Positions 1 through 9,954 of a stretch of 61,890 bases of DNA are shown one piece after another. The notes below the pieces were generated by a model that made no database searches, was not told where the DNA came from, and saw nothing but the letters and a program-made list of their open reading frames with translations. The position numbers and the translations under genes were made by a program. Position 1 is the stretch's first letter. Each line of letters starts with the position of its first letter. Source of the stretch: a bacterium (GTDB taxonomy: Bacteria > Patescibacteriota > Minisyncoccia > Phycocordibacterales > UBA2100); NCBI GenBank assembly GCA_030648265.1, contig JAUSHX010000040.1, positions 1 to 61,890 on the forward strand. The letters are read 5' to 3'.

Positions 1-488
1 ATGATTTTTGGTTTGCCCATTCTTTCCGCTACAGTGTGCGCCTCGCCCTCGTTGAAGAACACTACGTCTGTCGGGATTCCTTTTTCAATCGCGATATTTG
101 TTGCGCTGGAGGGGTCAATTCCGAGAACCCGTATGCCGTGGTGCACGTAATTTTGGAGGAGCGTTCCGTCATTGCTTCCGATATCAACGACAAAATCATC
201 TTTTTTCAGGTTATACGTTCTAATAATCTCATCAACGAGTTCTTTGAAATTTGCACGCAGCGCGTAGTTGGTCCCCGTGTTGTAGACGTAGTCGCGAAAG
301 AGGATTTCGGGGTCTACCGTATATCCGAGTTGCACGAGCGAGCAGGCAGGGCAAAAAAATACATCAAGAGGGTATGAAATCTCGGGTCTTTCAAGCTCCT
401 CGTACTTTAAAAATGCATCGCTGGGCGGCTGGTGTCCCAGAGAAAGAAACTGCTCCGGATTTTCGGCTTTGCATATATGGCATCGCAT
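1..488 (-). CDS. Sugar C-methyltransferase-like protein, N-terminal part (gene runs off the left edge)
   Basis: Absent from the ORF track because it is truncated. My minus-strand translation from the ATG at 488-486 gives MRCHICKAENPEQFLSLGHQPPSDAFL...VFFCPACSLVQLGY...DDFVVDIGSNDGTLLQNY. That is a Cys-pair zinc ribbon followed by a class I SAM-binding motif, the layout of TylCIII-type C-methyltransferases. Confidence 0.6.
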   Translation of the reverse strand, partial: MRCHICKAENPEQFLSLGHQPPSDAFLKYEELERPEISYPLDVFFCPACSLVQLGYTVDPEILFRDYVYNTGTNYALRANFKELVDEIIRTYNLKKDDFVVDIGSNDGTLLQNYVHHGIRVLGIDPSSATNIAIEKGIPTDVVFFNEGEAHTVAERMGKPKI

Positions 489-564
489 CGCGCCAGTATA
501 TCGTAAGTTTCATTTTTATGTCTCTGGCGCAGTACTGCTATTTAATGCTATTCTCCCTGTACTT

Positions 565-1368
565 ATGGCAGCGCACCGTACGAAATCTCGGACCAAGAAG
601 ACGCGGTGGGTCGCTGTCTCAGGCGGTTTTGACCCCATACACATCGGTCATGTGCGTATGTTTGAGGCGGCGCGCAAGCTTGGAGATAAGTTGGTAGTTA
701 TTCTCAATAATGACAACTGGCTTCAAAAGAAAAAGGGATACGTTTTCATGCGGACCAAGGAGCGCGCTGAAATTCTACTGGCACTGCCGTTTGTGGATAA
801 GGTCTACATCACCAAGCATAAACGACAGGATGCAGACATGAGCGTATGCGAGGCACTCACGGTGTTGCACCCTGCGATATTTGGGAATGGCGGGGATAGA
901 AAGGGAAAAAAAGACATTCTCGAATCGGAAATGTGCGAGGAGCTTGGCATCAAGATGGTCTTCAATGTCGGTGGCGGCAAAGTACAGTCATCCTCGTGGA
1001 TGATACGGGATGCAAGCCGACCGCTTTCAAGAACGGAACGTCCCTGGGGGGAATATTACGGCTGGGACCGCGGTACGGGCTGGAACTTGAAGACCGTGTA
1101 CATAAAACCCGGTAAGCGGTTAAGTTTGCAGTATCATCATCACCGCTCGGAACTGTGGACACTTGTAGCAGGGGATGCAACGGCAACCATTGAGAAAAGC
1201 GGCGTGCGGAAGAAAATCCCGCTTATTATCGGAAAGACATTTTCCGTGCCGACGCGCGCGGTGCATCGCCTAGAATCTAAACGCGGAGGAGTCGTCGTCG
1301 AGGTCGCGCTCGGAGATTTTGACGAGAACGATATTGTGCGCATTGAGGACGACCATGGAAGAGCGTAA
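565..1368 (+). CDS. Cytidylyltransferase (HxGH nucleotidyltransferase) fused to a C-terminal cupin (mannose-6-phosphate-isomerase-like)
   Basis: ORF 469..1368, with the start moved to M33 (ATG at 565) to avoid overlap with the divergent gene. Motif VAVSGGFDPIHIGHVRMF matches glycerol-3-P/RfaE-type cytidylyltransferases. C-terminal RPWGEY...KPGKRLSLQYHHHRSELWTLVAGD...HRLE is a cupin signature. Confidence 0.7.
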   Translation: MAAHRTKSRTKKTRWVAVSGGFDPIHIGHVRMFEAARKLGDKLVVILNNDNWLQKKKGYVFMRTKERAEILLALPFVDKVYITKHKRQDADMSVCEALTVLHPAIFGNGGDRKGKKDILESEMCEELGIKMVFNVGGGKVQSSSWMIRDASRPLSRTERPWGEYYGWDRGTGWNLKTVYIKPGKRLSLQYHHHRSELWTLVAGDATATIEKSGVRKKIPLIIGKTFSVPTRAVHRLESKRGGVVVEVALGDFDENDIVRIEDDHGRA

Positions 1369-1382
1369 CACCATAACTTTGT

Positions 1383-2108
1383 TTGGAGAAAATATATATG
1401 ACAGAAATAATAAAACGTATAGGGATGAGTTCCAATACGACCGTAAAAAGATTCGCGACACTCCTTCGATGGCCTGTCAGATTCGGACAACTTAAATTGC
1501 TTCGTCTCAGAAAAGGCGACCCGCTCGTCGATTTCATTGTCGCGATTCAAAAGGAGCGGGGATTTATGATGTGGCCGGATGAAATGGCATTTTTGGCTAC
1601 CTGTGCCAAGACCGTAACGAATGTGCGGGGACACATCGCAGAAGTGGGAGTAGCCAGTGCCGGCTCCGCCAAATTACTTGCCGAATTCAAGGGAAATAAA
1701 GAACTCTATTTATTTGATACATTTGATGGCTTACCCGAAACGAAGAAAATAGACGGAGCCCTCCGAAAAGGCCAATACAAATACTCCTTGGAAGAAATAA
1801 AAAAATATTTAAGCCCACATACCAATATTTTTTACTACAAGGGAATTTTTCCGGATTCTGTTGAGGGGGGGGTAGCGGCCATTCAAAACAAAAAATTCTC
1901 TCTCGTGCACCTCGATGTAGACTTGTATGAAAGTACATTACAAGCCCTTGAATTTTTCTATCCACGCGTGGAGAAAAACGGCCTCATCATTTCTCATGAC
2001 TATTCAACGCTTGAAGGTGTCAGGCAGGCATTTGCAGAATATTTTGATAATAAACCGGAATGCGTCATTGAATTACCCACGAGCCAATCCCTGGTCGTAA
2101 AGATATGA
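1383..2108 (+). CDS. TylF/MycF-family (macrocin-type) O-methyltransferase
   Basis: 241-aa ORF with GHIAEVGVASAGSAKLL...LYLFDTFDGLPE...LVHLDVDLYESTLQALEFFYPRV...GLIISHDY, typical of TylF-like sugar O-methyltransferases. A GGAGA lies about 8 nt upstream of the ATG. ATGA overlap with the next gene. Confidence 0.7.
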   Translation: MEKIYMTEIIKRIGMSSNTTVKRFATLLRWPVRFGQLKLLRLRKGDPLVDFIVAIQKERGFMMWPDEMAFLATCAKTVTNVRGHIAEVGVASAGSAKLLAEFKGNKELYLFDTFDGLPETKKIDGALRKGQYKYSLEEIKKYLSPHTNIFYYKGIFPDSVEGGVAAIQNKKFSLVHLDVDLYESTLQALEFFYPRVEKNGLIISHDYSTLEGVRQAFAEYFDNKPECVIELPTSQSLVVKI

Positions 2109-3019
2109 ATACCGCGATGCTTACCCCGACGAAGTGCGCCATTTGCAAGACGCCGGGTAACAGCACGGAAATCTACCCGCCGAAGCTCGCGGAGGAAGCG
2201 ATTGACGAGAAGACTTTTTCCGCACGGCGTTTTTACGGGAAAATAAATCATTTCAGGATAGTCAAGTGCCGGACGTGCGGACTTTTGCGTTCAGACCCGA
2301 TTATTGACGCGTCCCTGGTGGGCAAGCTATACGCAGGCAGTGTGCTGACGTATGAAAACCATATACCGAACATACAAAAAACATACGGCCGCTATCTGAA
2401 ACGAATAACAAAATTTTCGCCATCTAAGGAACGGTTGCTTGAAATTGGCTGCGGTAACGGGTTTTTTCTTGAAGAAGCTTTGAATCAGGGATTTAAGGAA
2501 GTTTGGGGTGCGGAACCGTCGGTGGAAGCAATTGCGAAGGCCGCGCCGCGAGTGAAAAAAAATATTAAGCTCGGCATGTTCAGCTCCTCTATGTTTCCCG
2601 AAAACTTCTTTGATGTCATTTGTATTTTCCAGACGCTTGAGCATTTTGTTGACCCGGCCGCCGTCCTTGCCGACTGCCGGAAGATTTTAAAACCGGGCGG
2701 CGTGGTTTTGGCCATTAACCACAACCTAGACAGCGTACCCGTTAAGATTTTTGGCGAGAAATCACCGGTGGTTGATATAGAGCATATGTATCTTTTTAGC
2801 GCCGAGACGATGAAGAAAATTTTCAAGGCGAATGGTTTGAAAACCATAGATGCTTTTTCGGTCTGGAACCGTCATTCGTTGGGATATCTTCTTACCCTCG
2901 TGCCGTTTCCCAAAGCTCTCAAAGATTTCCTGATAAAAATTGCAAACTCACTGCATATAGCCGAACTGCCGCTGTACCTGCCTATTGGCAATGTCGGCGT
3001 CGTTGGACAGAAGGGATAA
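2105..3019 (+). CDS. Class I SAM-dependent methyltransferase with N-terminal Cys4 zinc ribbon
   Basis: 304-aa ORF with CAICKT...CRTCGL, then LLEIGCGNGFFLEEA (motif I) and ILKPGGVVLAI (post-II). Confidence 0.75.
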   Translation: MNTAMLTPTKCAICKTPGNSTEIYPPKLAEEAIDEKTFSARRFYGKINHFRIVKCRTCGLLRSDPIIDASLVGKLYAGSVLTYENHIPNIQKTYGRYLKRITKFSPSKERLLEIGCGNGFFLEEALNQGFKEVWGAEPSVEAIAKAAPRVKKNIKLGMFSSSMFPENFFDVICIFQTLEHFVDPAAVLADCRKILKPGGVVLAINHNLDSVPVKIFGEKSPVVDIEHMYLFSAETMKKIFKANGLKTIDAFSVWNRHSLGYLLTLVPFPKALKDFLIKIANSLHIAELPLYLPIGNVGVVGQKG

Positions 3020-3045
3020 TATCTATCCCTTATATTACGGAATCA

Positions 3046-4011
3046 TCAGCGGTGTGAGTCGAGCCGATGGTCGTTGACGATATCACGGATGATATAGCGC
3101 GGGCGGCCCTTCACTTCCTCAAAAATACGGCCGATGTACTCTCCCATAATCGCGAGCGTCAGCAGTTGGATAGCGGCAAAAAAGAGGATGAGGATAAGCA
3201 CGGTCGAAATACCCCGTGGCGCGTCAGTAAAGAAGAATAGTGTCGCATACACACCGATGCCGACGACAGCAAGAAGCATTGCCACAATTGCAATATGGGT
3301 TACCCACTCGAGCGGTTTGTAGGAAAATGAGAAAATCGCTTTGCGTGCCCAGCGAAATGCCGAGATAAGCCCGCGCGTCGAGACCGAAGGCCGACCGTCG
3401 TAACGCTCGGGCCGCACATAGGAGATGCCGCAGCTCTTGTATCCGACCCACGCGCGAAGACCCCGTAAGAACCGGTCACGTTCCGGCAATGCGTTCATGT
3501 GGTCGACGACAACCCTGTCCATGAGCGAAAACTCTCCTGCGTCCTGCGGCACCGAAATGTACGCGGTCTTGCTGAAAAAAACATAAAAAAGGTGATACAG
3601 CCATTGCTTGAACTTTCCCATGCTCTGCTCGCGCCTGCGGCGGACGCCGTAGACGACCCTGTAGCCCAGAAGCCACTTCTGCACGAACTGTTCTATGAGC
3701 TCCGGCGGGTCCTGGAGGTCGCCGTCCATCAACACGATCGCGTCGCCCTTCGCCTGGACCATGCCGCTCGTGAACGCGGCCTGCGCACCGAAATTGCGCG
3801 AGTGATTGATGAGAGTGAGATGGGAGTCTTTTGCGGCGAGTTCCTGCAGGATTGCTTCCGAATTATCCGGACTCGCATCGTTTACGTAGATAATTTCCCA
3901 GCGGCTGGTAATGCCGGAGAGTGCCGCGGTTAAGCGGTGGTAGAGCGCGCGAATGTTGCCCTCGTCGCCGTAACACACCACGACCGCCGATATGAGCTTA
4001 TTAGTGAGCAT
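3046..4011 (-). CDS. Family 2 glycosyltransferase (polyprenyl-phosphate sugar transferase, ArnC/DPM1-like) with C-terminal TM helices
   Basis: 321-aa ORF with SAVVVCYGDEGNI...IIYVNDASPDNS...VLMDGDLQDPP (DXD-type motifs) and two C-terminal hydrophobic helices. Confidence 0.85.
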   Translation of the reverse strand: MLTNKLISAVVVCYGDEGNIRALYHRLTAALSGITSRWEIIYVNDASPDNSEAILQELAAKDSHLTLINHSRNFGAQAAFTSGMVQAKGDAIVLMDGDLQDPPELIEQFVQKWLLGYRVVYGVRRRREQSMGKFKQWLYHLFYVFFSKTAYISVPQDAGEFSLMDRVVVDHMNALPERDRFLRGLRAWVGYKSCGISYVRPERYDGRPSVSTRGLISAFRWARKAIFSFSYKPLEWVTHIAIVAMLLAVVGIGVYATLFFFTDAPRGISTVLILILFFAAIQLLTLAIMGEYIGRIFEEVKGRPRYIIRDIVNDHRLDSHR

Positions 4012-4015
4012 GGGG

Positions 4016-4711
4016 TTATCCTAGCAGGATTTTACGCAGCGCCATATAGAGACGGTCGGGTATGAGTAGCGTTGCTCGAGCGAGCATGGTTGAGAAAAAT
4101 GGCGCATACAACGTCGCTTTGCGCGAACTGACGAGCGTTGCAATACAGCGCGCGACTTTCTCTTTGGAGGCGACGAGAAACGATGCGCCCCCCTCCCACA
4201 TTGTAGTGTTGGTCGGTCCAATGTGGACGACCGAGAACGCGATACCCTTGGGGCGGAATGCGAGATCAAATCCCCGCATCGCGAGCGAGAGTGCCGCTTT
4301 GCTTGCCGGATAGCCCACGCCCCGCTTATTAGGGCGCCATGCGGCTATTGAAGAGAGTACGATAATATGACCTTTGCCCACAGAGAGAAAGTACGGAAGT
4401 ATCGCATCTATTACATTGAGTGCGCCAAAAAAATTGACCGCGAAATTCTTATCAAGAAGCGCCCGGTCATACGTAGGAACAAGGTCATCCTCAAAAACAC
4501 CAGAGGCGATGATGATGCATTCGGGCGCGAACCCATCTCCGACTATTCTTTCGAATGTGCTACGTACTGCAGACGGGTCGGTAATATCGCACCGTGCATC
4601 AGACGGCGGATTCTTTCGGCTGATGGTAAAGAGGCGATGTCCGCTCTGCTCCAACTGACGCACGAGCGCCGTCCCGATACCTCCAGATGCTCCTACGACA
4701 ACGATGTTCAT
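4016..4711 (-). CDS. Short-chain dehydrogenase/reductase (SDR)
   Basis: 231-aa ORF. N-terminal VVVGASGGIGTAL is a TGxxxGxG Rossmann motif. YPASKAAL is the YxxxK catalytic motif. Confidence 0.8.
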   Translation of the reverse strand: MNIVVVGASGGIGTALVRQLEQSGHRLFTISRKNPPSDARCDITDPSAVRSTFERIVGDGFAPECIIIASGVFEDDLVPTYDRALLDKNFAVNFFGALNVIDAILPYFLSVGKGHIIVLSSIAAWRPNKRGVGYPASKAALSLAMRGFDLAFRPKGIAFSVVHIGPTNTTMWEGGASFLVASKEKVARCIATLVSSRKATLYAPFFSTMLARATLLIPDRLYMALRKILLG

Positions 4712-4796
4712 GAGGTGGTGATTTTACATATTTTTGCATATAATGGCAATTCCATACGATGCCACCTACACGGAACACAATTATGGTTTCCTTCAT

Positions 4797-5627
4797 ATGC
4801 GCATCACTACAAAAAATAAACCGAGGACTCATGGACGCGCGCAATCTCCCGCGCGCATGGGGCAAGCGATACGGCTACTCGTTATGGAAATGTCGGCGCG
4901 AGCTAAGTGCGGCGAAACAGGTTCTTCGCTGTGCGTTAGCGACATTCTTGCTGTGTTATATTTCAGGATTCTCCGCATCAATCCGAAGAAGCCGAATAAC
5001 CCGTCGCGCGACAGGTTTATCTTGAGCAAGGGGCATGCGGCGGCCGGCCTCTATGCGGCGCTCTCACTCCGCGGTTTTTTTCCCAAAGAAGTCCTCCGCG
5101 GCCATCGGATAAACGGCGGCCGTTTGCACGCGCACCCTTCTAAAGGCGCGATTCCAGGCATTGAAGTATCTACGGGTTCTCTCGGGCACGGCCTCTCTAT
5201 TGCCTCCGGTATGGCGGAAGCTCTTAAAGGGACAGAGTCCAAGGTATATGTTCTTTTGGGAAACGGTGAGTGCGATGAAGGCTCAATCTGGGAAGCGGCG
5301 CGATATATCGGGAGAACCGCACTCCGCAATATCATCGCGATTGTGGATGATAATAAAGTGCAGGGATACCCGCTCGCTCGGCAAAAACGAACGCTCAATC
5401 TTGCGAAGCAATGGAGCGCTTTCGGCTGGAAGGTGCTGCGCGTCCAAGGACACGATTGCGAGGCACTGGAGCGCGCGCTTCGCGAAGCGGGACGAAACGG
5501 CCCCGCAGTCGTCATCGCGGACACGGTAGCCGGCAAGGGGGTGCCGGAGATTGAGCATACGCAGAGGGCTCATTACTATGTTCCCGACAATGCAGCTGTT
5601 CTAAAGTTCCGCAACAAAAAGATATGA
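4797..5627 (+). CDS. Transketolase, N-terminal (TPP-binding) subunit
   Basis: ORF 4734..5627 with GSSLCVSDILAVLYF...ILSKGHAAAGLYA...GSLGHGLSIASGMA...GNGECDEGSIWEA. I prefer the start at M22 (4797); 4734 remains possible. Confidence 0.8.
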   Translation: MRITTKNKPRTHGRAQSPARMGQAIRLLVMEMSARAKCGETGSSLCVSDILAVLYFRILRINPKKPNNPSRDRFILSKGHAAAGLYAALSLRGFFPKEVLRGHRINGGRLHAHPSKGAIPGIEVSTGSLGHGLSIASGMAEALKGTESKVYVLLGNGECDEGSIWEAARYIGRTALRNIIAIVDDNKVQGYPLARQKRTLNLAKQWSAFGWKVLRVQGHDCEALERALREAGRNGPAVVIADTVAGKGVPEIEHTQRAHYYVPDNAAVLKFRNKKI

Positions 5628-6547
5628 GAAACGATTTTATACGGCATATGTTGGTAGAGATGAAGAATGACCCCGCTATCTATTTTCTTACCGGTGACCT
5701 CGGCTGGAAAGCGCTTGAGCCGGTTGAAAAAGCGTTTCCGAAAAGATTCATCAACGTCGGAATATCCGAACAGCATATGGTAAGTATGGCGGCGGGCCTG
5801 GCACTTGAAGGAAAGAAAGTGCTCTGCTATTCAATCGCATCGTTCGCTACCCTGCGCCCCTATGAAGCAATTCGCGACGATGTGTGCTACCACAATCTGG
5901 ATGTGAAAATTATCGGAACCGGCGGCGGCTACAATTACCCGACACACGGCGCCACGCATCACACGATAGAAGACTTCGCAATTATGCGCGTTCTGCCGCA
6001 TATGCGCGTTTTGGCGCCCGCGTATTCGTGGGAGGCGCGCGAAGCGACGAAGGCGATGATGCGGACGAAAGGTCCGTTTTATATGCGGCTCGGCAAAAGC
6101 CCCAATATCGCGTTTGAGAAACCGACCTTCCTCTTCGCCCTCGGAAAAGGATATGTTATTAGGGGTGGGAAAGATATCGCGATTATCTCAACAGGCAATG
6201 TCTTGGACATCGCAGTCAAAACTGCGGAGATTCTCCATGCTCGCGGAATTGAAGCATGCGTCATAAGCATGCCAACTGTGAAGCCCATTGACGAAGGAAT
6301 CATTCGAAAACATGCAGCGAAGAAAAAAGCGATATTTACGATAGAAGAACACAGTACAATCGGCGGATTAGGGAGTGCAGTCGGGGAGACACTTCTGCTC
6401 AATGGTTTGAACGTACGTTTTGCAAAATTCGGCCTTCCGGCCGATGAATTCTGCAAGGCGGTCGGCGACCGCGAGTATCTCTTGCATAAAGCAGGTCTTG
6501 ATGCGGCCAAAATCGCCGCGCGTATTCAAATGAAACTCCGACGTTGA
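5624..6547 (+). CDS. Transketolase, C-terminal (pyrimidine-binding) subunit
   Basis: 307-aa ORF with FINVGISEQHMVSMAAGLALEGK...THHTIEDFAIMRVLPHMRVLAP. ATGA overlap with the N-terminal subunit gene. Confidence 0.85.
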   Translation: MRNDFIRHMLVEMKNDPAIYFLTGDLGWKALEPVEKAFPKRFINVGISEQHMVSMAAGLALEGKKVLCYSIASFATLRPYEAIRDDVCYHNLDVKIIGTGGGYNYPTHGATHHTIEDFAIMRVLPHMRVLAPAYSWEAREATKAMMRTKGPFYMRLGKSPNIAFEKPTFLFALGKGYVIRGGKDIAIISTGNVLDIAVKTAEILHARGIEACVISMPTVKPIDEGIIRKHAAKKKAIFTIEEHSTIGGLGSAVGETLLLNGLNVRFAKFGLPADEFCKAVGDREYLLHKAGLDAAKIAARIQMKLRR

Positions 6548-6560
6548 AGGCCGCATCTTT

Positions 6561-7178
6561 ATGTTACATCGATTCGCAAAATGGTTTATCAACATCCCGA
6601 TAGTCTGGAACACATTCCAGAATGTTGTCGGTGCTAATTCGTGGAAGAACAGAATTTATCCTTCTGTTTTTAAGAGCAAGGGTGCTATGTTAGATTTTGG
6701 CTGTTCCATGGGCAACAACACCGAAGCATTTCTCCAATTCAAATATCACGGTGTTGATATTGACCGCGCCGCGATTGAAGCCGCAAAAAAAAGGTGGGCA
6801 GGTACGCCGGATGTCTCTTTTGAGTCGCTGGATATACTGAAACATCCTTACATGCATAATTATTTTGATAATGTTCTCTTCGCAGGCACGGGGCACCACC
6901 TCACCGATGAAGAAATTCCGCACATTCTTGACGCGCTCCTTTTAACGCTACACCCGGGCGGCGAGCTGCACTTTTTCGACGTCCTCCGTCAGCCGGGGAA
7001 AGACCGTTTCATCACCCGCATCATCATGAACAACGACCAGGGGAAGAATATGCGCACGCGAGAGATGTATCGCGCGATGTTTGCGCCGTACAACGTGGTA
7101 GAGGAAAAAGTGTTTGAGAGCCCCGACCGTTTCATCAAACTTCAGGACATGCTCTATTTTAGGGTCGGAAAGAATTAA
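6561..7178 (+). CDS. Class I SAM-dependent methyltransferase
   Basis: 205-aa ORF with MLDFGCSMGNNT (motif I-like) and LHPGGELHFFD. Confidence 0.65.
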   Translation: MLHRFAKWFINIPIVWNTFQNVVGANSWKNRIYPSVFKSKGAMLDFGCSMGNNTEAFLQFKYHGVDIDRAAIEAAKKRWAGTPDVSFESLDILKHPYMHNYFDNVLFAGTGHHLTDEEIPHILDALLLTLHPGGELHFFDVLRQPGKDRFITRIIMNNDQGKNMRTREMYRAMFAPYNVVEEKVFESPDRFIKLQDMLYFRVGKN

Positions 7179-7225
7179 ATCGAATACGTTCTACCGCTCT
7201 CTTCCGAATTCGTCTATAATGCGGC

Positions 7226-8077
7226 ATGGCTACGTGCATAGTTTGTAATTCTCTGGATAGCGTGCCGTTTAGCAAAAAAAATGGGCATGACATAGTACGC
7301 TGTACTGCCTGCGGCCTCTTGTTTGTATATCCCATACACGCTTCGTCGAGCGATATCTACAATCGCGATTATTTTGAAGGTGCGTCAAAGGGTTTTGGGT
7401 ATGTGAACTATGACGAGGACAAGGAGCCCATGAAGCCGGTTTTTCTAAAATATCTAAACATCATAGACGCCGAGCTCGGGGGGAAAAGGGGAAAACTGCT
7501 CGATGTGGGTGCGGCGACCGGCTATTTCGTGAGACTGGCAAGAGACGCGGGGTACGATGCGGAAGGGGTTGATATTTCAGAACATGCGGCAATGCTGGGC
7601 CGCGCAAAAGGTCTGCGGGTACACACGGGAACCATTGAAGACGCGAGCGGCATCTACGATTGCATCACGATGCTTGACCTTATTGAGCACGTGCCTGATC
7701 CGCGGGCAGTCATTAAAAAAGCCGCTTCACTGCTACGGAGAAGGGGCGTGCTTATCATCAATGCCCCGGATGCGGGAAGCCTGCTTGCGCGTATTCTCGG
7801 CCGATATTGGCACCTCATTTCACCGCCCGAACATCTCTATTATTTCAATCGCAGTAATATGCGGCGGCTTCTTGATGAGGAAGGTTTTGACGTTGCCCGC
7901 ATGACCACGATAGGAAAATGGTTCACTATCAAATATATTTTCAAAGTTCTTGGTCGGAGTACGCACATTGGTCTCTTCCAAAAAATCAGTTCTTTTTTTT
8001 CAAACAAATCTCTCACACGACTTTCTTTGCCCGTAAATCTCCGCGACAATATGTTTGTGGTCGCGCGCCGCCGCTAG
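7226..8077 (+). CDS. Class I SAM-dependent methyltransferase with N-terminal Cys4 zinc ribbon
   Basis: 283-aa ORF with CIVCNS...CTACGL, LLDVGAATGYFVRLA and LLRRRGVLIINAP. Same architecture as the 2105..3019 gene. Confidence 0.75.
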   Translation: MATCIVCNSLDSVPFSKKNGHDIVRCTACGLLFVYPIHASSSDIYNRDYFEGASKGFGYVNYDEDKEPMKPVFLKYLNIIDAELGGKRGKLLDVGAATGYFVRLARDAGYDAEGVDISEHAAMLGRAKGLRVHTGTIEDASGIYDCITMLDLIEHVPDPRAVIKKAASLLRRRGVLIINAPDAGSLLARILGRYWHLISPPEHLYYFNRSNMRRLLDEEGFDVARMTTIGKWFTIKYIFKVLGRSTHIGLFQKISSFFSNKSLTRLSLPVNLRDNMFVVARRR

Positions 8078-8089
8078 TATACTCTGCAA

Positions 8090-9868
8090 ATGCTGGAGGA
8101 TGCGCCCCCTACCGTATTGAGAAGTCGATGGTTGTTCTTCTGCCTCGGCTGTCTTTTTATATTTTCGACCTTCCCGATATTAAATGTGCTTTTTGCAAGC
8201 GGATCGTATGACGACGCGGCATCTTTGTCGTACCTCGACACCTATTACTCGCCGATGGTGCGGGAAGTTGTGAATGGACATCCTCTCATGGGGAATCCCT
8301 ATTTCATCGAGCATCGCGAGAAAATAGCGCCGGCATTTTTCCTTCCGTTCTGGCTCTCGGCGGTTCCGCAGATTCTCGGGCTTTCTCAGGCACTCTCGGC
8401 TCTTTTCAACTTTACTCTCTGGTCTCTTATCTTTGGCTGTATCCTCTACGTGATTTTTGCCCGACTCGGATTGTCGCCTCCATGGAGCACGGTTGGTACG
8501 CTCTTATGCTATCTGCAGGTGTATCCCTATCTCCTGCGACCGGTTTCCATGCAAGTCGTGCACCCATTTTTTCTGTTGTTTATTTTTGCGTTCATACTGT
8601 GGTGGCAAAGGCAGAATTGGCGCACGGTTGTATTCTTGGTCACAGCAACTGCGCTCGCTTTTTATGATTACACGTATCTCTGGCAGGTCATCGCTGTATT
8701 TCTGGGGCTTTCGTTCTTCAGTTTGCTCATTATGCGCGACTCTTCGCGCGCACGCGCGGCGCTTTTGGTCGGTCTTGGTACTGCGTTGCTCATCATCCCG
8801 ATGGTGTATCTCACCTTAGTCCAGATGCACGACCCGAATTATTGGGAAACAATGATGCGCATCGGGCTTGGCAGTACGCATCTGCCTGCTGCAGAAGCAG
8901 TATGGGGCGGCATGCGTATGCTTGTGTTCGCAATTCTTGCGTTCTCTATATGGAAATGGATCGCTCAAAAAGAAGCGCAGACAGAGCGTATGTTTTTTGT
9001 GCTTCAGTATATGCTCTTGGGTGTTGCTATTGAGATTGCCTCAGTTAGCAACGTGATTACCGGCATGGAGCTCGAAACCGCCTCGCATATGGCGCGATTC
9101 GTCTCTCTGTGGCTTGCCATTGGATTTGTAGTCGCGCTGTATGCAACGTGGCGCGCACGCGCCACGCTGCGTTCACTACATCCATATAAGAGCATAATTC
9201 TTTGCGTACTCTTTGTTCTCGTCGGCGTGTCGCTCAATGCGTATAACAGAAGTCCGTTGTCTGTATTGAAATTTGACGACGTGCGTTCGCGCATCGCGGA
9301 GAAACAATCCTATATGCCCGCATTTAACTGGCTTAACGAAAATGAATCAGAGCCGCGGGTGATTTGGACAGACCCAAACTCTCTGCTCGCGCAATATGTT
9401 CCTCTCTATACGAAACACTATGTGCTGTTCACCGCTGGAGGACTTCTGCAGCTGGTCTCGTCGCGGGAGATTCAAGAAAGGTATCTCGCGGCAGGGGCAC
9501 TTTCAAATCTGACGCCCGAGCATATCAGTAAAGACATTGCACATTACAACGGCGCAGGGCCGGCGTACGATATTCCCAATATGATGAATAGGAAAGTAAA
9601 ATATTGCAGAGCACTTCGTCTGCACGCGCTCGGATTTTCATGCGGGAATTTGACCGATGCGCAGACACTCAATTCAGCTCTCTACGCACGGATGTACCAG
9701 CGTTACAACGAAGACATTAAGCCGCATCTCCAGGATGAACTTACGAAATTTCATGTTACATACATTATGAAAGATGCCATGAATGACGTTGCGTTTCATC
9801 CGGAACTTCTCAAGAATATCAAGCTCGTATATTCAGATGGGCGTTTCCTCATTTACAAAGTACTCTAG
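8090..9868 (+). CDS. Large polytopic membrane protein (possible GT-C-like glycosyltransferase or polymerase), paralog 1
   Basis: 592-aa ORF with at least 10 hydrophobic segments followed by a roughly 190-aa soluble C-terminal domain. It shares the N-terminal loop motif GHPLMGNPYFIEH with the next gene. Confidence 0.7.
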   Translation: MLEDAPPTVLRSRWLFFCLGCLFIFSTFPILNVLFASGSYDDAASLSYLDTYYSPMVREVVNGHPLMGNPYFIEHREKIAPAFFLPFWLSAVPQILGLSQALSALFNFTLWSLIFGCILYVIFARLGLSPPWSTVGTLLCYLQVYPYLLRPVSMQVVHPFFLLFIFAFILWWQRQNWRTVVFLVTATALAFYDYTYLWQVIAVFLGLSFFSLLIMRDSSRARAALLVGLGTALLIIPMVYLTLVQMHDPNYWETMMRIGLGSTHLPAAEAVWGGMRMLVFAILAFSIWKWIAQKEAQTERMFFVLQYMLLGVAIEIASVSNVITGMELETASHMARFVSLWLAIGFVVALYATWRARATLRSLHPYKSIILCVLFVLVGVSLNAYNRSPLSVLKFDDVRSRIAEKQSYMPAFNWLNENESEPRVIWTDPNSLLAQYVPLYTKHYVLFTAGGLLQLVSSREIQERYLAAGALSNLTPEHISKDIAHYNGAGPAYDIPNMMNRKVKYCRALRLHALGFSCGNLTDAQTLNSALYARMYQRYNEDIKPHLQDELTKFHVTYIMKDAMNDVAFHPELLKNIKLVYSDGRFLIYKVL

Positions 9869-9954
9869 ATGCCATGGAATGCGGACATGGATGCATTTTT
9901 CTTGCGATGCCTAAACCCCGCTGTTAGACTGCGCGATAAGAAGAAAATGATTGT

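Noticed and set aside
36-697. Plus-strand ORFs 36..377 (113 aa) and 251..697 (148 aa) at the left edge
   Set aside because: Their sequences are Arg/Cys-rich and not protein-like. The opposite strand reads through as a coherent zinc-ribbon plus SAM-methyltransferase N-terminus, so I called the minus-strand partial gene instead.
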